Origin: Octopus sinensis
Taxonomy: Eukaryota
Length of the DNA stretch: 64,000 nt
NCBI RefSeq assembly: GCF_006345805.1
Contig: NC_043022.1
Coordinates: forward strand, 16,492,001-16,556,000
Direction: 5' to 3'
Shown here in pieces: positions 14,830-27,886 of this stretch. The position numbers and the translations under genes are program-made. Each line of letters opens with the position of its first letter. Position 1 is the stretch's first letter. The notes under the pieces were generated by a model that searched no databases, was not told where the DNA came from, and was given only the letters and a program-made list of their open reading frames with translations.

Positions 14830-14966
14830 GAAATCTTACCTCGCTGGGAAACAAGTGAGGGTTGGTAACTGGGAGAGTGTCCGGCCATAGAAAATTTGGC
14901 TCCACAAATTTCGCCTGACTCATACAAGTATGGGGAAGTGGGCAATATACGGATGATGATGATGAT
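14830..14966 (+). mobile_element. Family C-related retroposon 3' part with (GAT)n tail
   Basis: gggttggtaactgggagagtgtccggccatagaaa ... gatgatgatgat is a diverged version of the family C core and tail. Confidence 0.6.
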
Positions 14967-14969
14967 AGT

Positions 14970-15013
<44 letters not shown>

Positions 15014-15019
15014 TGATAC

Positions 15020-15478
15020 CAGTATGTTTACGTTAGCTCTTGATAACATGTTTATGCTATCCGCTGCTGAAAGCCTATTTATTTTAACTTTATTGTGATA
15101 ATGCATTGATGTCAATATGTTTATATTAACTGTTGAAAACATCATGTTTATGCTTAACCATTTATGTAAACTGTTGAGAACTGTCTGTTTAATTTAGCTT
15201 ATCTCTTGTCGGCAGTGTGTTTGTCTGCATTAGTTATTGATGATAGTGTATTTGTATTAACTGTTGACAACAGATTTAGTTATGCATTAACTGTTGACGA
15301 CAACAGGGGTTCTGTTAGCCGGTGACAATAAGAGGGGTTTGTGTTAACGGGGGTTTATAATAACAGGGGTTTGTGTTACCTTGACAACTACAAGCTTCTG
15401 TTTGTAGTTGACAACGGTAAGTTATGTTAACTATTAATGATGGTAAATTTATTATTAGCTGTTAACGACAGCGTGTGT
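15020..15478. repeat. Degenerate ~25-28 bp minisatellite, consensus TGTTTATGTTAACTGTTGACAACAG
   Basis: About 13 recognisable diverged units. Confidence 0.7.
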
Positions 15479-15719
15479 GTGTGTGTGTTTTAGTTAGTGT
15501 TGTGTGTTTATCCAGTGATTGTGTTTAGTAATGTGATAGATTACATTATCTCGTTAATATGGCCAGGTTTTTGTGAGCAGTCAATCTTATTAGGCTTTTA
15601 TTCATGAAGTGTATTCGTAGCTCTACCAGTTTCCATCTAACTTTGTATATTACCATATTTTCTCCAAGTCTACAGAATCCTCTCTCTCTCTCTCTCTCTC
15701 ACAAGTGCTGTTATCGATC

Positions 15720-16240
15720 TCCATATAAAATAACCTGTCTCGTTCACTTCTATCCTGCTCTATTGATCAACTTTTACTAAATATCCTTTTGAATATTCAA
15801 AACCACTTTCTCTCTCACAACTGGCTTCGACTATTTTCCTTAATTTCCTCAGCTCTTTCTTTATACTCCTCTCTAATTTCTATGCATTTTGTCGACTAGA
15901 AGAATTTTATTGAAGCTTCTCACTGTGTTATTGTCTGTTTTCGTATTCTTCCTCACACCTGGCTACATTCAAATTCTCAAATAGAAATCAGTTCTTAATG
16001 TTTGTATAGTGCCTTTAATCTTTATGATCTTTTACTGTGACAATATATTGACGAGCAAAAGTTCATTTTCATTTCACATTAATCTTGTTAGTTTTTAACT
16101 ACCGTTGCCTTCCAGTCACAGAAATTCTGTTATTCCTATCACTGGCATCAACCTTCTTTATTATTTGTAGGCGTTAAAACTTAAAAGTCTTGTTAGCTTA
16201 ACTTTTTGCCAAGAAATCAATATTATTCACATGAAGCTTT
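15720..16240 (-). mobile_element. Non-LTR AP-endonuclease relic
   Basis: Minus-strand PVIGITEF resembles DVIGITETW and ILYGD resembles IxGDFN. A related gaattctgttattcc segment occurs at about 16890. Confidence 0.3.
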
Positions 16241-17254
16241 CATCAATATCACACTTTTGTTGTCAACTCCCCCCCCCCCAATCCTATAAAGACAAACAGT
16301 TTTTCAGATTCATGAAATGAAATTGAAAAACAAATCCATTAATTATAAATAGCTAACTTGCAAAATAACTTCACTGAATGAAGCAAAATTATAAAACAAA
16401 TGGGTTTTTTTTTAAATCTAAAAGTTATATATATATATATATATTTACATACATACAAAACAAGGTTTGAAATATTAGCATCCAATTTGGTGTGTGTGTT
16501 TGTGTATACACACACACACACACACACACATATAAAACAAATTTCTAGTATCCATTTTGGTAGACACACACACACACACTTATAGTATGTTTTATATATA
16601 TATATATATATAATTGTTTTTTGCTCTCTAATGTAACATGCTTAAAACAAAATTTCCCTATCTAATAGAATTAACCTTTTACATTCTTCAGTGATTCCAT
16701 AGCATTAAGTTCGATATAGGTGAAGGCCTATATTTGTTTATTTTTTTGTTAACAAATCTTTGAATCTCATCTCACACTGGCATGTACCAAAAAAAAAAGG
16801 AAGGTGGAATGGAATCTCGACTCTAAACTGTTATTGAATCTCTTCTTTCAGTCTGCTCTGAAATCTCTTATTCTTTCAACAACCAACAATGGAATTCTGT
16901 TATTCCGTGCCCTGTACTAGTCAATTATGTTGGTTACTATATTGATTGCAGAAAATTATTTCCTCCCATCTTAATATGTTACATAATCAGTTAAGGTCAC
17001 TTGGATTTCCTTTTCACTTAATCCTTTGTTGTCAAGTTAAGGAAATAAAACAACCAAATCAATATTCATTCTGAACACACCATTGCTCGTTGCTAGCGAT
17101 AGGATGTAGGGAGCTTCAGTTAATGGCTGCTTTCTTTTGTTTTTAGTATTACATATATGGGTTTAAACACTATAACTGTTATTTTGTTTAATGTTGCAAG
17201 CAATGGACTGGGGGTTGGGGAGGGGAGGGGCGGTAGTGGACTTCAGTGTCTACC

Positions 17255-17655
17255 TCGATAGTTTATTGTGGCTTTTTGCAGAAGACTCAAAGGCTGCTGC
17301 AAAAAAAGCTGATAGCAGCATCTGAGACGTGCTTGGTGGTAACTGGTGGTACCAGAGGCAAATTTGCCAGCCTGGACTGTCTGCCCTTCAAGCTTGACAT
17401 ACGCATGTTAGAACTGTTTGTTATTGTCTTGGCAGACATCTACTGCAGTTGTCAGCCGAATCAGAGAATTCCAAGTTCTATGAGGTGGGGAGCGGAAGTG
17501 ATGCTGAAGAGGGTCTGTAACTCTGTTGGCTGCAGAATTTAAGATTTTGGCCAAGGTGCTGGCAAAGAGGTTGGTGCTTGTTGTTGTTAGTGTAATTGAG
17601 AAAACAAACTGAGATTTACCAGGGGATCTGATCAATTTGGATCAATCAGAAATCT
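17255..17655 (+). mobile_element. L1/Tx1-clade LINE reverse transcriptase fragment
   Basis: RGKFASLDCLPFKL (resembling GKSPGLDGLPYE), AEFKILAKVLAKRL and LINLDQS occur in canonical RT order, with frameshifts and deletions. Confidence 0.8.
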
Positions 17656-17689
17656 GTCAGTGGGGTTGATTATTGCTATTTGGTAGTTA

Positions 17690-17940
17690 TCTTCAAATCC
17701 TGTTGAGGTTAACTCGGTCTTTCATCCTTATAAGGTCAATAAAATAAAGTACCAGTAAAGTACTGGGGTTGATGGTATTGACTAAAACCCCTCCCCTCGA
17801 AATTGCTCACCTTGTACCTGAATTAGAAACCAAAGGATGGCAAACTGGCAGAGTCGTTAGCACATCAGACAAAATGCTTACAGTATTTCTTCTGACTCTT
17901 TATGTTCTGGGTTCAAACCCCAACAGAGTTGACTAAGCAA
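17690..17940 (+). mobile_element. Two family B SINE fragments (a 3' part, then a truncated head)
   Basis: ctttcatcct...taaagtaccag...ggggttgat core, followed by ctggcagagtcgttagcac head. Confidence 0.7.
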
Positions 17941-18819
17941 ACCTCCTGTTTCCAGGTACTTGCCTGATGATATGGAGAAAACAATCTGTCAACTGATCTC
18001 TAGGCTTCATAAGAATTATTCTGGGATTCATAAGAGTGGGATTTCACTGAAGAATTTTTTACACTTGGTATTCAGTGTTCCAAAGTCTATACCATTAGCT
18101 CATTTGAGTTATTTCCCTTAGCTCATTTTACCTGCTATCTAAATGGCTGTCCTCCAGCACACATATGAAGTTGTGCCTTAAACCATGGCTCTTTAATTCC
18201 CCCAGCTTCTCTTGCTTTGATATCTTTCTTAATCCTCCTCCATCACCTTCAATGTCATCTCACCAACCACTCAGTTACATTGGGACACAGTAAATATTAA
18301 TTGTTAATAGGAAAATTATCAATTTATTACCATTTAAGTTTTTTTTTCTTGGTTTTTGTTCTTGGAAACCATAATTTCAGGATTAATTAATTGAAAATGC
18401 TTTTACTCCCCAAATCACATTTTAAATATATTTTGGAAACCATAAAAAAAAAAAAAATGATTTTAATTGGTTGTCAATTTTCTATTTGAAGAGTTGTGTG
18501 GTTAAAAAGACAATAAGCTAATACATTACTCTGGCAGTCATTATTCGTCTTTGCTATGAATATTCTTCTCCTTTCTGCATCAGCTTCAAAGAAATTATAT
18601 AAATCCATTGATGGAAATGTAGTTTCTGGTTGTTTGAAAACTCAAAAACTTTAAATATGCTGCTGCTGTGACTGCTACTGCTACTGCTGCTATGGCTACT
18701 CTGTAATTTATTTTTCCCTCGACTGAATGAAAAGTTAGGACTTTATCCAGTGACCAGATCCAACCACTTAAAATTTCCTTACCCTTAACAGCAGAAAGCA
18801 GTTATATATATATATATAT

Positions 18820-19102
18820 GGCCGATGCCAGCGCCGCCTCGACTGGCTTCCATGCCGGTGGCACGTAAAATACACCAATCCGTTCATGGCCGTTTGCCAG
18901 CTCTGTCTGGCACCTGTGCATGTGGCACGTAAAAAGCACCCACTACACTCACGGAGTGGTTGGCGTTAGGAAGGACATCCAGCCGTAGAAACACTGCCAG
19001 ATCTGACTGGGCCTGATGAAGCCTTCCAGCTTCACAGACCCCAGTTGAACCGTCCAACCCATGCTAGCATGGAGAACGGACGCTAAATGATGATGATGAT
19101 GA
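18820..19102 (+). mobile_element. Family C retroposon with (GAT)n tail
   Basis: Two TGGCACGTAAAA units, the ggttggcgttaggaagg.catccagccgtagaaa core and the ggacgctaaatgatgat tail; about 12 copies in the window. Confidence 0.9.
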
Positions 19103-19154
19103 TATATATATATATATATATACATACATATACCAATCACTCTTTTGTGGATCT

Positions 19155-19712
19155 GTCAAGTTTACTGAGGCAGCATGACTTGTAGAAAATACCAATTCTA
19201 TTTTCTGGTACGTATCTAACATCTTTACTTGTAGTTTTTATGGTTTATTTTTCACTTATTTTAATCATTAAACTGTGGCCACGCCAGGGCACTGCCTTGA
19301 AGTTTTTAGTTGAAAGAATCAACCCCAGTACTTTTTGTTTTAAAGCCTGGTATTTGTTCTAATGGCCTTTTTTTGCCAAACTGCTAAGTTATGGGAATGT
19401 AAACACACCAACACCAGTTGTCAAGCAGTGGTGAGAGAACAAACACAAATACATACACACACCAACACCCACACACATACACTGACACCCACACACATGC
19501 ACACACTGTCACCCACACATATACACGCTGACACCAACATATATACACACACCGACACCCACAGATACACCCCCCCACACACATATATACATGATGGGCT
19601 TCTTTTAGTTTTTGTCTATCAAATCCACTCACAAGGCTTTAGTTGACCCAAGGCTGTAATAGAAGACACTTGCCCAGGGTACCGCCATGAAATTTAACAG
19701 TTAAAGGGTCAA
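19155..19712 (+). mobile_element. MITE relic split by a SINE insertion
   Basis: 19155-19245 and 19688-19712 together match the contiguous copy at 60448-60561, which ends in cagttaa(a/g)gggt. Confidence 0.45.
19250..19687 (-). mobile_element. Family A tRNA-derived SINE, head truncated
   Basis: Matches the full copies at 27490 and 39698. Confidence 0.8.
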
Positions 19713-20184
19713 AATATTTTCTAATATTTACACCACCAACCAAATATAGACATTTATTTACATGGTAGCATATATTAGACATGCTTGGAGAATTGCCTCC
19801 TTTTAATTATCCTTAAACCAAGATATTTCCCTTGTGAATTCAAAAAAATCGATGCCAACTGCGTGGCCCCATTTTTGTTATGTTTAATTATCTATGAACT
19901 ACTTATTTGTGCTTCTGAGATGTGTTGGAACTGGCAGAGGGGGAGGAGCATCCGTGAATCAATATATATTTTTATTGGAAGTCACTCCCCGACAAAGCAA
20001 CAAGCTGCTAACAATGAAACAACTCTCAAACAACCACTTTTTTCGTTGGAAGTTACAAAAGAAAAAGAAGAAAAAACAAAAAGCTAAAGAAACAATAAAT
20101 AAAATCTAATGATGAGATGTCTTAAAAACCATCAAGTAATTATAAAAGATTAAAAGCAAGTTAAGTTTATTTTCATATGGGGGA

Positions 20185-20375
20185 AGGCATAGATGTGCAG
20201 TCAGAAGTTTAAGTTTGCTTCCAAATCAAATGGTTCTGGGTTCAGTCCCACACTGTGGCCCTTGGGCATGTGTCTTCTACTATAGCTTTGGGCTGACCGA
20301 GGTTTTGGGAGTGGATTTAGTAGATGGAAACTGAAAGAAGTCTGTCACATGCACACACACACACACACACACACA

Positions 20376-20436
<61 letters not shown>

Positions 20437-20660
20437 GAGTGTGTGTCTGTGTTTGTCTTCTACCACTTGATAACTGGTGTTGGTATGTTTACATCCTGGT
20501 AACTTAGCGGTTTGGCCAAAGAGGCTGATAGAATAAGCAGCAGGATAAAAAGACAAAAAAAAAGTAAATACTGGAGCCTCATCTGTTTCTTTTGAAATTC
20601 TTCAAGGTGGAACCACAATATGTCTGCAGTGTAATGGCTGAAACAGGTAAAAGGTAAACC
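20185..20660 (+). mobile_element. Family A SINE
   Basis: ggttctgggttcagtccca B-box head, internal (TG)/(TA) tract, gactgaaacaggtaaaag-like end. Confidence 0.85.
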
Positions 20661-20789
20661 AAGATGACGGAACATAGATTTAATAAGACAGTCGTTGGTG
20701 GACAGGAACTTTGAGAGTGGGAACTTTTATTAGAAAGTCAACAACAATAGAAAGGTTTATGACTGGCAGATGACCATTGGTCAGCTACA

Positions 20790-20975
20790 ATAAAGCAGTA
20801 TGTTGCACAAAATGCTTAGTAGCATTTCTTTTGGCTCTTTACATTCTGAGTTCAAATCCTGCCAAGGTCAGCTTTACCTTTGATCCCTTCAGGGCTGATA
20901 AAAGAAATTGCAAGTCTAGTGCTAAGGGTGGTCTAGCTGATTTATCCCCTCCCCTCAAAACTTATTGGCCATGAA
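20790..20975 (+). mobile_element. Old family B SINE
   Basis: aaaatgcttagtagcattt...ttctgagttcaaatcctgccaaggtc...tttgatccc. Confidence 0.7.
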
Positions 20976-21994
20976 CCTTGCAATAGACTGGTGTCCCATT
21001 CAGGGGCAATGTTGTGATCTCAGTCAATGGAAACTGAGTAATCAGCCTCATGAGACCAAAAGCTCAAGCAAAAGAAAAAAAAAAAAAAATTTAAAAGCCA
21101 TGATTAGATTTTGTGTTTTGTGTGTGTGTAAAACATCAAAGTGCTTAATAAATATTTAAACACTGCCAGAGAGACTTGTACAGCATAGTAATGAGAGAGA
21201 GAGGGAGAGAGAGAGAGACAGAGACAGAGAGAGACAGAGAGAGAGAGAGAGAGCACCTGAAGATGGCTGGAGATTTAGTGTAGGTAAAATTAAAGTCTAG
21301 TTTAGGAAAACACAATGGTCGTTGTGTATGATCAATAACTCAAATGAATTGGTAGTTACCCCTTTTTTCTCAGCTCAGAACATTCCTTCATAAAAGTCTT
21401 CTTGTCTGCTTTCATTATTTATTCATATCACATGAGGGTTTTTCTTTCTTTTTTCTGTCACGATATATCATAGAGTATTTCATATTTCTAGACATATTAC
21501 CTTTCTAGAAATAATCTATTTCACAGATCACACTCTCACCAATAGATCATATTCGTTAACAACAATCACACAACCACTACTTTCATTATCCATGTTTCAG
21601 GGCCATAAATTATCACATATTTCTCAAGTATACTGTCATCGTCATGGTAATCAACATTGGTTTTCCTTTTTTAGTTTTTATTCTTAAATTTTTCTTCTTT
21701 TGCTATGCTAGCATGGGTTGGATGAGACGTTTTGGGGGCAGTATTCTCTGACCAGATGCCTTTCTTGACTCTAACCCTTACTTTCAAGTTTGGGTACTTT
21801 CTTCTGCTGGTCTTCACACACTGAAACTGTTGGGCTGCAGGACATTCCGCTTGTGTGGAATGTAAATGAATGCTAACATGGGCAAGTCGCATTGATGTAA
21901 AAACATGTCTATATACATACATACTTAAACATAGAAACACACACACACACATGCATATATATATACATACATACTTAAACATAGAAACACACAT

Positions 21995-22035
<41 letters not shown>

Positions 22036-22280
22036 CACATACATAAGTGTTGTATAACCATAGGTAATTATACACTAAGAGGAAAACCAGCAAGTGGTTT
22101 CTTTGCCTGCTTAAAGAAGCTGTCAGATCTTCAAACCATGAAAAATACATTCTCATACATAGTGTGTTGCGTGTAACCAGGCTAGACAATTTGAAAAAAT
22201 TAAAAAGACCAGTTATTCCTATACCTCAAAGTTTCACCATTAATAGTTAAACAATTTTTTGTGGTTTGAAGATCTGATAT

Positions 22281-22332
<52 letters not shown>

Positions 22333-22354
22333 TATATATATGTGTGTGTGTGTG

Positions 22355-22561
22355 TGTGTCTGTGTTTGTCCCCCACCACTGCTTGACTACTGTTGTTGGT
22401 TTATGTCCCCATAAACATAACTTAGCAGTTCAGCATAAAAGACCAATAAAATAAGTATCAGGTTTATAAATTAGTGCTGGGGTCGATGACCTCAGCTAAA
22501 AACTGTTCAAGGTTGTGCTGCAACATGGCTGCAGTGTAATGACTGAAACCAGTAAAAGATG
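22355..22561 (+). mobile_element. Family A SINE 3' half
   Basis: tgtttgtccccc...aacttagcagttc...gactgaaaccagtaaaaga. Confidence 0.8.
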
Positions 22562-24483
22562 CTGACAATCTCATTTGTACTATGACCAGCTGTTCTGTGT
22601 TTTCAAAGAGATGGAGAATTTTTTTTAAAGAACTCTCTTAGAATTTCATCTGAGTGGGCAGGGGCCGCACAAAATGAAGTGCCTTGCACTATAGCACTGT
22701 TCAATCTGGGGATTGAAATCACAACCTGATTATTGTGAGCCCAATAGTAGAGCACATACGTTTTGAAGAAGAGCGTACTATTTTGATTTTACAGTAGATT
22801 GGTTAGCAGTGCGTATGGCACCAAATGGAGAAAAAAACTGACTCCAACAATTCACTTGGAAATATCTGTTTGCTAAAGGAAATAAAAGCTGAAATTGTGT
22901 AACATTTTCTAATCTGGGAAATTGGATATAAAATGTTGTGGAGAAAAATAAAAATGGAATTCTTGAATGTTTTTTTTTCATGGTTTTTTTTTCTTCTTTT
23001 TTTTACCTTAAAAAGGGGTTTTCTACTTATTTATCTCAAACATGTTTTAGTTGAATTGTTCTGAAAATATTGAATATTTTCTTGGAATCGTTGAAGTGAA
23101 AAAGATCTCTTTTTTTTTTTTCTTCTTGATTCTGACTGTTCAACTGTAAAGTTTACCTTCCACTATTCCCAACAAAGTTGGTTCATACAAAAAAGGGGGT
23201 TGTGTTAACTGGTCCACCAGGAATATTTATTTGTAAGGCTTCCCTAGAAACAAACTTTGAACTAACCCCTTCAGTGTATTAACCACTTCACGAACATGCC
23301 TCTCAATATTTCTAAAGTCACCTTCTGTTATCTTTGCATTCTCTTTGGTTTTTCAAAGCAGAGCTTGCCTATGTATTTACGTAAATATCTCATAATTAAT
23401 TTTCATGTTGGATTTTTAAGTAAAAGAAAGTCTAACACCTGCAGCTGTTTCACTAAGTAAAATTTTGATTCAGCAAACAACGTTATTTTGATGAAGAAAA
23501 TCAGGAAAACAGCAGAAATATAAAAAAAAAAAAAAAAAAGAGAGACTTATTTATGAACATTTAATTTTCAGTGTTGTCGTAAGTGACTTTTTTTGTTTTC
23601 TTCTTTCCAATGAAATGATAGCAAAGAGCAAAATATTTTGTTCTCATACATAGAGAAATAGAACAGAAGAAAAACATTTAATAATTCATAATTCTCTTTT
23701 ATCAATGGAAAATTCACAGGAATCTGATGTATTGATGAAGTTGTTTCTAGTTCATAGAAATTGGGACTTTGCTCTCACTCTACAAACAAACAACTCTCGG
23801 TGAAAGTTTCCTTTTTATTTCATAGAAGATTTTCATCAGTTTATTTGGAAAGATAAATGTTACGCTTGGTTGCAAACAATTTTGATCATGTTTATCATAG
23901 ATAAGACATTATTAAGTTACCTTTTTTTTTATCATTTATAAATATATATTTTTTCTGGTCAGAAGCACTTTGCTTTATTTCTTCTCTAGTTTACCTTTTT
24001 TTTTTTTATCTTTCTTTTTTATCTTCAACTTTTGGTCAGTCATAGCTACCATTATTGTTGTTATTGTTTTGTCATGACTACTGTCCACTCTGGTCTTGAT
24101 TGAACGCCAATAAAATCTCCATATTTTATCTCGTCTCTATAAAATATCCGACAATCATCCTGTCAACTCGTGAACACTATACAACTAAACTACTCAAAGT
24201 ATTCCTCCTAATGTTATCTCTTTTATTTTTTAAATATCTTTCTCTATCTATTTATTTAATACTTACTTTAATAACTAAGTGGATTACACTGAGTGAAGAC
24301 AGCAACTAACGACTAATTGAATTAATAGTCGTTAGCTCTATTGATCCTCTTAGATTGTTTTCAACATTGCTATCACCCATAGCTTGACCAGCACTTTCAC
24401 TTATGTAAATTTTTGTTCATCCAATTGTTTTTGCTTTTTTTATGTAATTTAATTTTTTTTTTTTAACCTAATCTATTTGCTAG

Positions 24484-24523
24484 AAAGCCGGAGATGTCTG
24501 TGATGATGTAATTATGGGATTAA
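24484..24523 (+). other. Candidate 40-nt non-coding (5' UTR) exon
   Basis: T-rich tract, ctaat branch-like motif and TAG acceptor at 24481-83, then a GTGAGT donor at 24524. Confidence 0.25.
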
Positions 24524-25619
24524 GTGAGTTAGTACTGTTGATATTTTTCCTCAACACTTTAAGTATTAATTTGAAAGTTATTCGTTACAGAGAAAACAAC
24601 AACCAACAATGTTTTTAGGGGAAGTCTATAATTGTTACAACCGTATGTATATATAGACATGGTTATATAATTTTATGTGTATATATATATATACATATAT
24701 ATACATATATATATATATCACCACTTATTTAATGTAAGCAAACTACGAAACTTTTGTACTTGTGTGATTATCTATTTCCAAAACAAATCCTGCCAAATAG
24801 ATTTTTAAAATTTTTGATATTTTTTTTTATTAAAAATACTTTGTGATCTCTAAGACAAAAACCAAAACAAAAAAAAAAATTTTATTTGATTAATTCAAAA
24901 GGATTTATTTGAATATTCATGTTAAAGTCTGATATTTTGTAATGAAATCTATTTTATTAGTGAATGTCTGTAATCTGGTTAATGTCAAACTGGACACTCA
25001 AAATGAGACGTAGATAATGTGATTTTTTTTGTGTTCAACTTGCATTATTAATATTGAAAGCAATAATAATCTTTCTCAATTCATTTTTACATATTTCCCC
25101 ATAGCATTTATAATGTTAGGAAAACTGCTTGCTCTATTTGGCAAATAGTTCTTGTGCATAGTGTGCATATATGTATACATTTATATATGTGTGTGTGTGT
25201 GTGTGTGTGTGCTTCTCTCTTAATTTATAATTGATATTATGAGCTAGCGATATCAGGAATTTTATGTTTCTTTCACAACCAGCCAACTTCAAGGCCTTGT
25301 GTTTACGTTATCATTCTTTCCAAACCTATAGAGTATAAAAAGTACCTGCTCTGAATAATTCTCAAAAAACCCCTTAGCAGCCAGTCTGGTCAAACAGTGG
25401 ATATCTCAATACATAAATAAACTGTGTGGTGGGGAGGGGGGAACGGAATTGAATGTAATGATATTCCATGATTACGGTCTGTTGCTATGAATCCAGTTTG
25501 GTTTCTGCCATTTATTGTTTAAATAACTGTCTCTATCTTTGCTTTCATTAATGTAATTATCAATTCATTTTAAATACCTGGCCTCAATTACTTCATATTT
25601 ACCCAAAGGACATGTTCAT

Positions 25620-25760
25620 TATCTTTTGTCTTTTACTTGTTTCAGTCATTAGACTGTGGCCATGCTGGGGCACTACCTTGAAGTACTTATAGTCAAATGA
25701 ATTGACCCCAGTTCCTATTTTTAGGCCTGGTACTGATTCTATTGATTTCTTTTGCCACAC
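25620..25760 (-). mobile_element. Family A SINE 3' fragment
   Basis: cttttacttgtttcagtcattagactgtggccatgctggggcac. Confidence 0.75.
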
Positions 25761-27243
25761 ACAGACACTCACTAATTCCAGCCATTTATCTTGACTCTAT
25801 GGGACAATAGTTGGCATGTTTAGTGCCCCAGCATTTAATGTCTGTAAGGAATCCTCTAAAATGTACAAAGTAACCCACCATCACAATCAAACCTCATACA
25901 TTTACTGGCCCCTTCCTCTGACTCATCTACTTCCACTGCTACTCAAAGGCGGCTGACCTTGTTCCATCTTTATTTAGCCCTGCACCCCTCCCCAACTCAA
26001 TTATTTCTCCTCTCATCGCCTGCATTGTGTCCTCCACCAACCCTAGGCCCTGCATTAATCACTTCCTTTAAGCCCTTCTTTAGAAGATCAACCTGTTAGA
26101 AATCCTTACCTGCCCATCTTTTTTTAATCCCTGTAACCATCATCCCCCCCGATCAAAAACATCATCAACCCCATTGATCCATTTCACTGGTCTCAGAGGT
26201 TTTGTGGAGACTATGGGCATGACCCCAGTCTTCAGACCAAACCATTGAAAAGAGAAAAAAAATAAAATGACTGATGATCCCTACTCTGTTATCACCTTGT
26301 TACCCAGCCCCTGCCAATACGTCAGGCTTTTCTCAATCACCATGCTTTAGATGACTGCTTCTCAACCAGGGTTTATGTGACCCCTGCTAGTCCATATAAA
26401 TCTTTAGGGGTCCATGCAAGCAAAATAGTAAATTGGAGATCCACAATAGTATTTTAGGGGCCCATGAAAAAAACTTTGTTTTAGCTGTATTCATTGCAAG
26501 ACAGATCTAGGGAATGGGGTGACAGTGGAATAGCAGGGACTTCAGCTCTGGTACACAACCACGTCAGATGGATGATACTGGTGTTGAGTTTCTGATGACA
26601 TTATCATTACAAGCCTCTCAGAAGTTGAGGGTTCAAGTCATCCTTAACCTCTAATAAATCACAATAAAAAATATTTGGGAATCAAGACAGATGTGGTTAA
26701 AAGGAAAAAGAGAGGTTCCTTTTTATTTAATGGCTCTGTCACTACAATATCATTATTTCCATCACCGTTGCAACGGTAATTTTATCTTAAAGGAAACAAC
26801 TGCTAATAACACAGACAGCTTCTCTACTTCAACAGTTCATGGCATTTTCACTAACACAGAAAATATTTGATAAGAGATGTCAGGCAATGTATTTCCTATC
26901 TGATTGTGTTAAATGTGTATGTGTGTGTGTTTACAAGTGTGTGTGTGTGTGTGTGTGTGTTTGTAAGTGTGTGTGTGTGTGTGTCTGAGCACGTGCACAA
27001 AGGTGAAGTGAGTCCATATTCTCATTTTATATTTCATGTATTTCACTTCTGAAGTAATATTAAAATCTCAAATCTGAAGTGAGGACTCTGTTGATTCGGT
27101 AGAATATTTCCTTTTTATTCAACTTGGATCCAGCTTGAAATCTCTGAAACTGTTTTTTCTAAATCATCATCACCATCATCATCATTTAACGTCTGTTTTC
27201 CATGCTGGCATGGGTTGGACAAATAGTAATTAAAATATATATC

Positions 27244-27487
27244 AGTGGCACGTAAAAGGCACCATCCGTCCGTGGCCGTTTGCCAGCCTCGTCTGGCACC
27301 TGTGCGGGTGGCACGTAAAAAGCACCCACTACACTCATGGAGTGGTTGGCGTTAGGAAGGGCATCAAGCTGTAGAAACACTGCCAGATCAGAGTGGGCCT
27401 GGTGCAGCCTTCTGGCTTCCCAGACCCCAGTTGAACCGTCCAACCCATGCTAGCCTGGAAAACGGACGCTAAATGATGATGATGATA
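27244..27487 (+). mobile_element. Family C retroposon
   Basis: Two tandem hairpin units, core and (GAT)n tail; a minus-strand family C tail fragment abuts it at about 27170-27225. Confidence 0.9.
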
Positions 27488-27489
27488 TA

Positions 27490-27876
27490 GGTGCAGGAGT
27501 GGCTGTGTGGTATGTAGCTTGCTTACTAACCACATGGTTCCGGGTTCAGTCCCACTGTGTGGCACCTTAGGCAAGTGTCTTCTACTATAGCCTTGAGCCG
27601 ACCAAAGCCTTGTGAGTGGATTTGGTAGACGGAAACTGAAAGAAGCCTGTCATATACATGTATAAATATATGTGTGTGTGTACGTGTCTGTGTTTGTTCT
27701 CCCAACATCGCTTGACAACCGATGCTGGTGTATTTATGTTCCTGTAACTTAGCAGTTCAGCAAAAGAGACTGATAGAATAAGTACTAGGCTTACAAAGAA
27801 TAACTCAATTAACTCAACTAAAAAGGCGGTGCTCCAGCATGGCTGCAGTCAAATGACAGAAACAAGTAAAAGAGAG
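27490..27876 (+). mobile_element. Full-length family A tRNA-derived SINE
   Basis: A-box-like tggctgtgtgg, B-box ggttcagtccc, internal microsatellite and aaacaagtaaaagag end. Confidence 0.92.
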
Positions 27877-27886
27877 CAAGAGTATA

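Noticed and set aside
21910-22000. About 50-bp tandem duplication
   Set aside because: Ordinary slippage within a microsatellite.
25840-26330. C-rich, strand-skewed stretch
   Set aside because: No ORF, periodicity or recognisable motif; probably an old repeat relic.
27490-27560. tRNA gene, also at other SINE heads such as 40060-40134, 57800-57880 and 61560-61628
   Set aside because: A/B boxes are present but there is no complete cloverleaf, and each runs into SINE body sequence.
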